Assembly (NCBI GenBank): GCA_030390025.1
Contig: JASTWF010000121.1
Coordinates: forward strand, 806,001-870,000
DNA from: Squalus acanthias
Lineage: Eukaryota
Length of the DNA: 64,000 bases
Direction of reading: 5' to 3'
Part shown: one piece after another, positions 62,422 through 64,000 of the stretch
Position numbering within the stretch: the first letter of the stretch is position 1
Layout: each line of letters opens with the position of its first letter
Made by a program: the position numbers and the translations under genes
The notes under the pieces: model-generated
Databases searched by the model: none
Told to the model about the DNA's origin: nothing
Seen by the model: only the letters and a program-made list of their open reading frames with translations

Positions 62422-64000
62422 ATGGAAAAACTCCTTAGACCCGCTCGTCTCGACCTGGACCCGAATGCACCTGCGGCAGCGAAGGTATGGAAGCATTGGT
62501 TTCGTACCTTTAGCAACTTTCTTGAAGAATGTGGGGCGGATGTCCCTAATAAGTTACGAATGCTTATCAACTACGTGTCTCCTCATGTGTATGATTATAT
62601 TGAGGACTGTATAGTCTATGACGCTGCTATCGAAATCTTACAGCAGCTATATGTCAAGTCCCCAAATGAAATATTTGCTCGACACCTACTGGCCACAACT
62701 CGGCAGCAGCCTGGGGAATCACTCGATGAATTTCTCCAGAAACTTCGCAGGCTCAGCAAGGATTGTAACCTTAAAGCAGTTACAGCTGAACAGTATCAAG
62801 AGGAACTAATCCGCGATTCCTTTATCAATGGAATCGCATCCCCTTTTATACGTCAGCGCCTGCTGGAAAATAAAACCCTCAATTTACGGGCTGCTTATGA
62901 CCAGGCGTGTTCCTTGGACTTGGCCAAGAAAAATGCAGACACTTATCTCCCACCACGTGCACGGGCGGCGGCTATCTCCTTTAATGAGTCTTTCGGTAGG
63001 TCTCGGGCGGATGCCCCCACTGATGTTGACTCTACTCTAACGGACGACGACCCTACCCTAGAGGCCTTTGCTGATGACGACCCCGCCCTAGCAGCATCCT
63101 GGCAATCAGGAAGAAAGTGTTTCTTTTGTGGAGGGGCGTGCCATCACAGAAAATTTTGCCCGGCTCGTAATGTGACCTGCAATCATTGCAGCAAGAAAGG
63201 ACACTTTTCCAAGGTATGCCAGTCACGGGCCTTTGCTAACAAGAAAGGCCGCTCCTCTAAAGTATACCGGTCGAGAGCTCCTGTTAGCTTCACAGCTGCT
63301 ATCTATGGAGCTGCTCCTCCCCCAAGAACTACTGTTAAGGCTACAGTTGCCGAAGGGAAAATTGACCCTCCTCCCATCACGGTTGTCTTTCCCCAAATTT
63401 TGTCCCATGCAGCCACGAAGGTTTCAGTAAATGGGCACACTCTAAGCGCGCTAATCGACTCCTGCAGCTCTGACAGCTTCATTAGTAAGCGGGCTGTCAA
63501 CAGGTTAAAACTGCACATTTATCCCTCGGACAGGGAGATTGCAATGGCTCTGACGACTCTGACCACCAATTCTTCTGGCTTCTGTCTTGTCAACCTCATC
63601 CTCAACGGCCGCACGTATCTCTCCACCCGGCTCGGAGTACTCGCAAACTTATGCAGCGATGTGCTTCTGGAACAGGACTTCCAGAAGCAGCACAAGAAGA
63701 TCACTTTTGAGTTTGGAGGGTCAAGGCCGGAGCTTACCATTTCTAAGGTGCCGTTTTGTGCACTCTCGGCGGCCTTACTCGGTGAACCCTCCCTGTTTGC
63801 CAATCTTCCCCCCCGCTGTAAACCCATAGCCACCAAATCGCGGCGCTTTAGCCAAGACGATCGAGCGTTTATTGAGGCGGAAATCTCTCGCCTTTTAGTC
63901 GACGGTATTATCGAGCCATGTTCATCTCCCTGGCGGGCTCAGGTCGTCATCGTGAGGAATCCCTTAAAACAACATAAAAAACGTCTGTGTATCGATTATT
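62422..64000 (+). CDS. Gypsy gag-protease-RT polyprotein, open to the window end
   Basis: Manual translation MEKLLRPARLDLDPN... has no stop for 526 codons. It includes Zn knuckles CFFCGGACHHRKFC and CNHCSKKGHFSKVC, protease LIDSCSSDSFI, and the RT N-terminus IIEPCSSPWRAQVVIV..RLCIDY. It is missing from the ORF track because there is no stop in the window. Confidence 0.93.
   Translation, partial: MEKLLRPARLDLDPNAPAAAKVWKHWFRTFSNFLEECGADVPNKLRMLINYVSPHVYDYIEDCIVYDAAIEILQQLYVKSPNEIFARHLLATTRQQPGESLDEFLQKLRRLSKDCNLKAVTAEQYQEELIRDSFINGIASPFIRQRLLENKTLNLRAAYDQACSLDLAKKNADTYLPPRARAAAISFNESFGRSRADAPTDVDSTLTDDDPTLEAFADDDPALAASWQSGRKCFFCGGACHHRKFCPARNVTCNHCSKKGHFSKVCQSRAFANKKGRSSKVYRSRAPVSFTAAIYGAAPPPRTTVKATVAEGKIDPPPITVVFPQILSHAATKVSVNGHTLSALIDSCSSDSFISKRAVNRLKLHIYPSDREIAMALTTLTTNSSGFCLVNLILNGRTYLSTRLGVLANLCSDVLLEQDFQKQHKKITFEFGGSRPELTISKVPFCALSAALLGEPSLFANLPPRCKPIATKSRRFSQDDRAFIEAEISRLLVDGIIEPCSSPWRAQVVIVRNPLKQHKKRLCIDY

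Overview
This is repeat-dense vertebrate genomic DNA. The repeat set (HE1/V-SINE, Deu-like SINE, many CR1, L2, RTE and Penelope copies) points to a cartilaginous fish. Most of the window is decayed, nested transposable elements: CR1-group LINEs, L2, RTE, Penelope-like elements, PIF/Harbinger-like MITEs, and the 5' end of an apparently intact Ty3/Gypsy element. There is also a ~2.45-kb tandem segmental duplication carrying a CpG/GA satellite. One host gene can be reconstructed on the + strand from splice signals, spanning about 33903 to beyond 60696. It has a leader exon, two intact single-exon 'VJ' immunoglobulin domains (V framework and J-like GNGT motif in one exon, no RSS), a third truncated V copy, an uncharged TM exon and a cytoplasmic exon with a YENV motif. 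This looks like a non-rearranging, antigen-receptor-like multi-VJ receptor. Its first intron contains a 1.6-kb G-rich, AGCA-rich array resembling a class-switch region. Boundaries of decayed repeats are approximate and no database searches were run.
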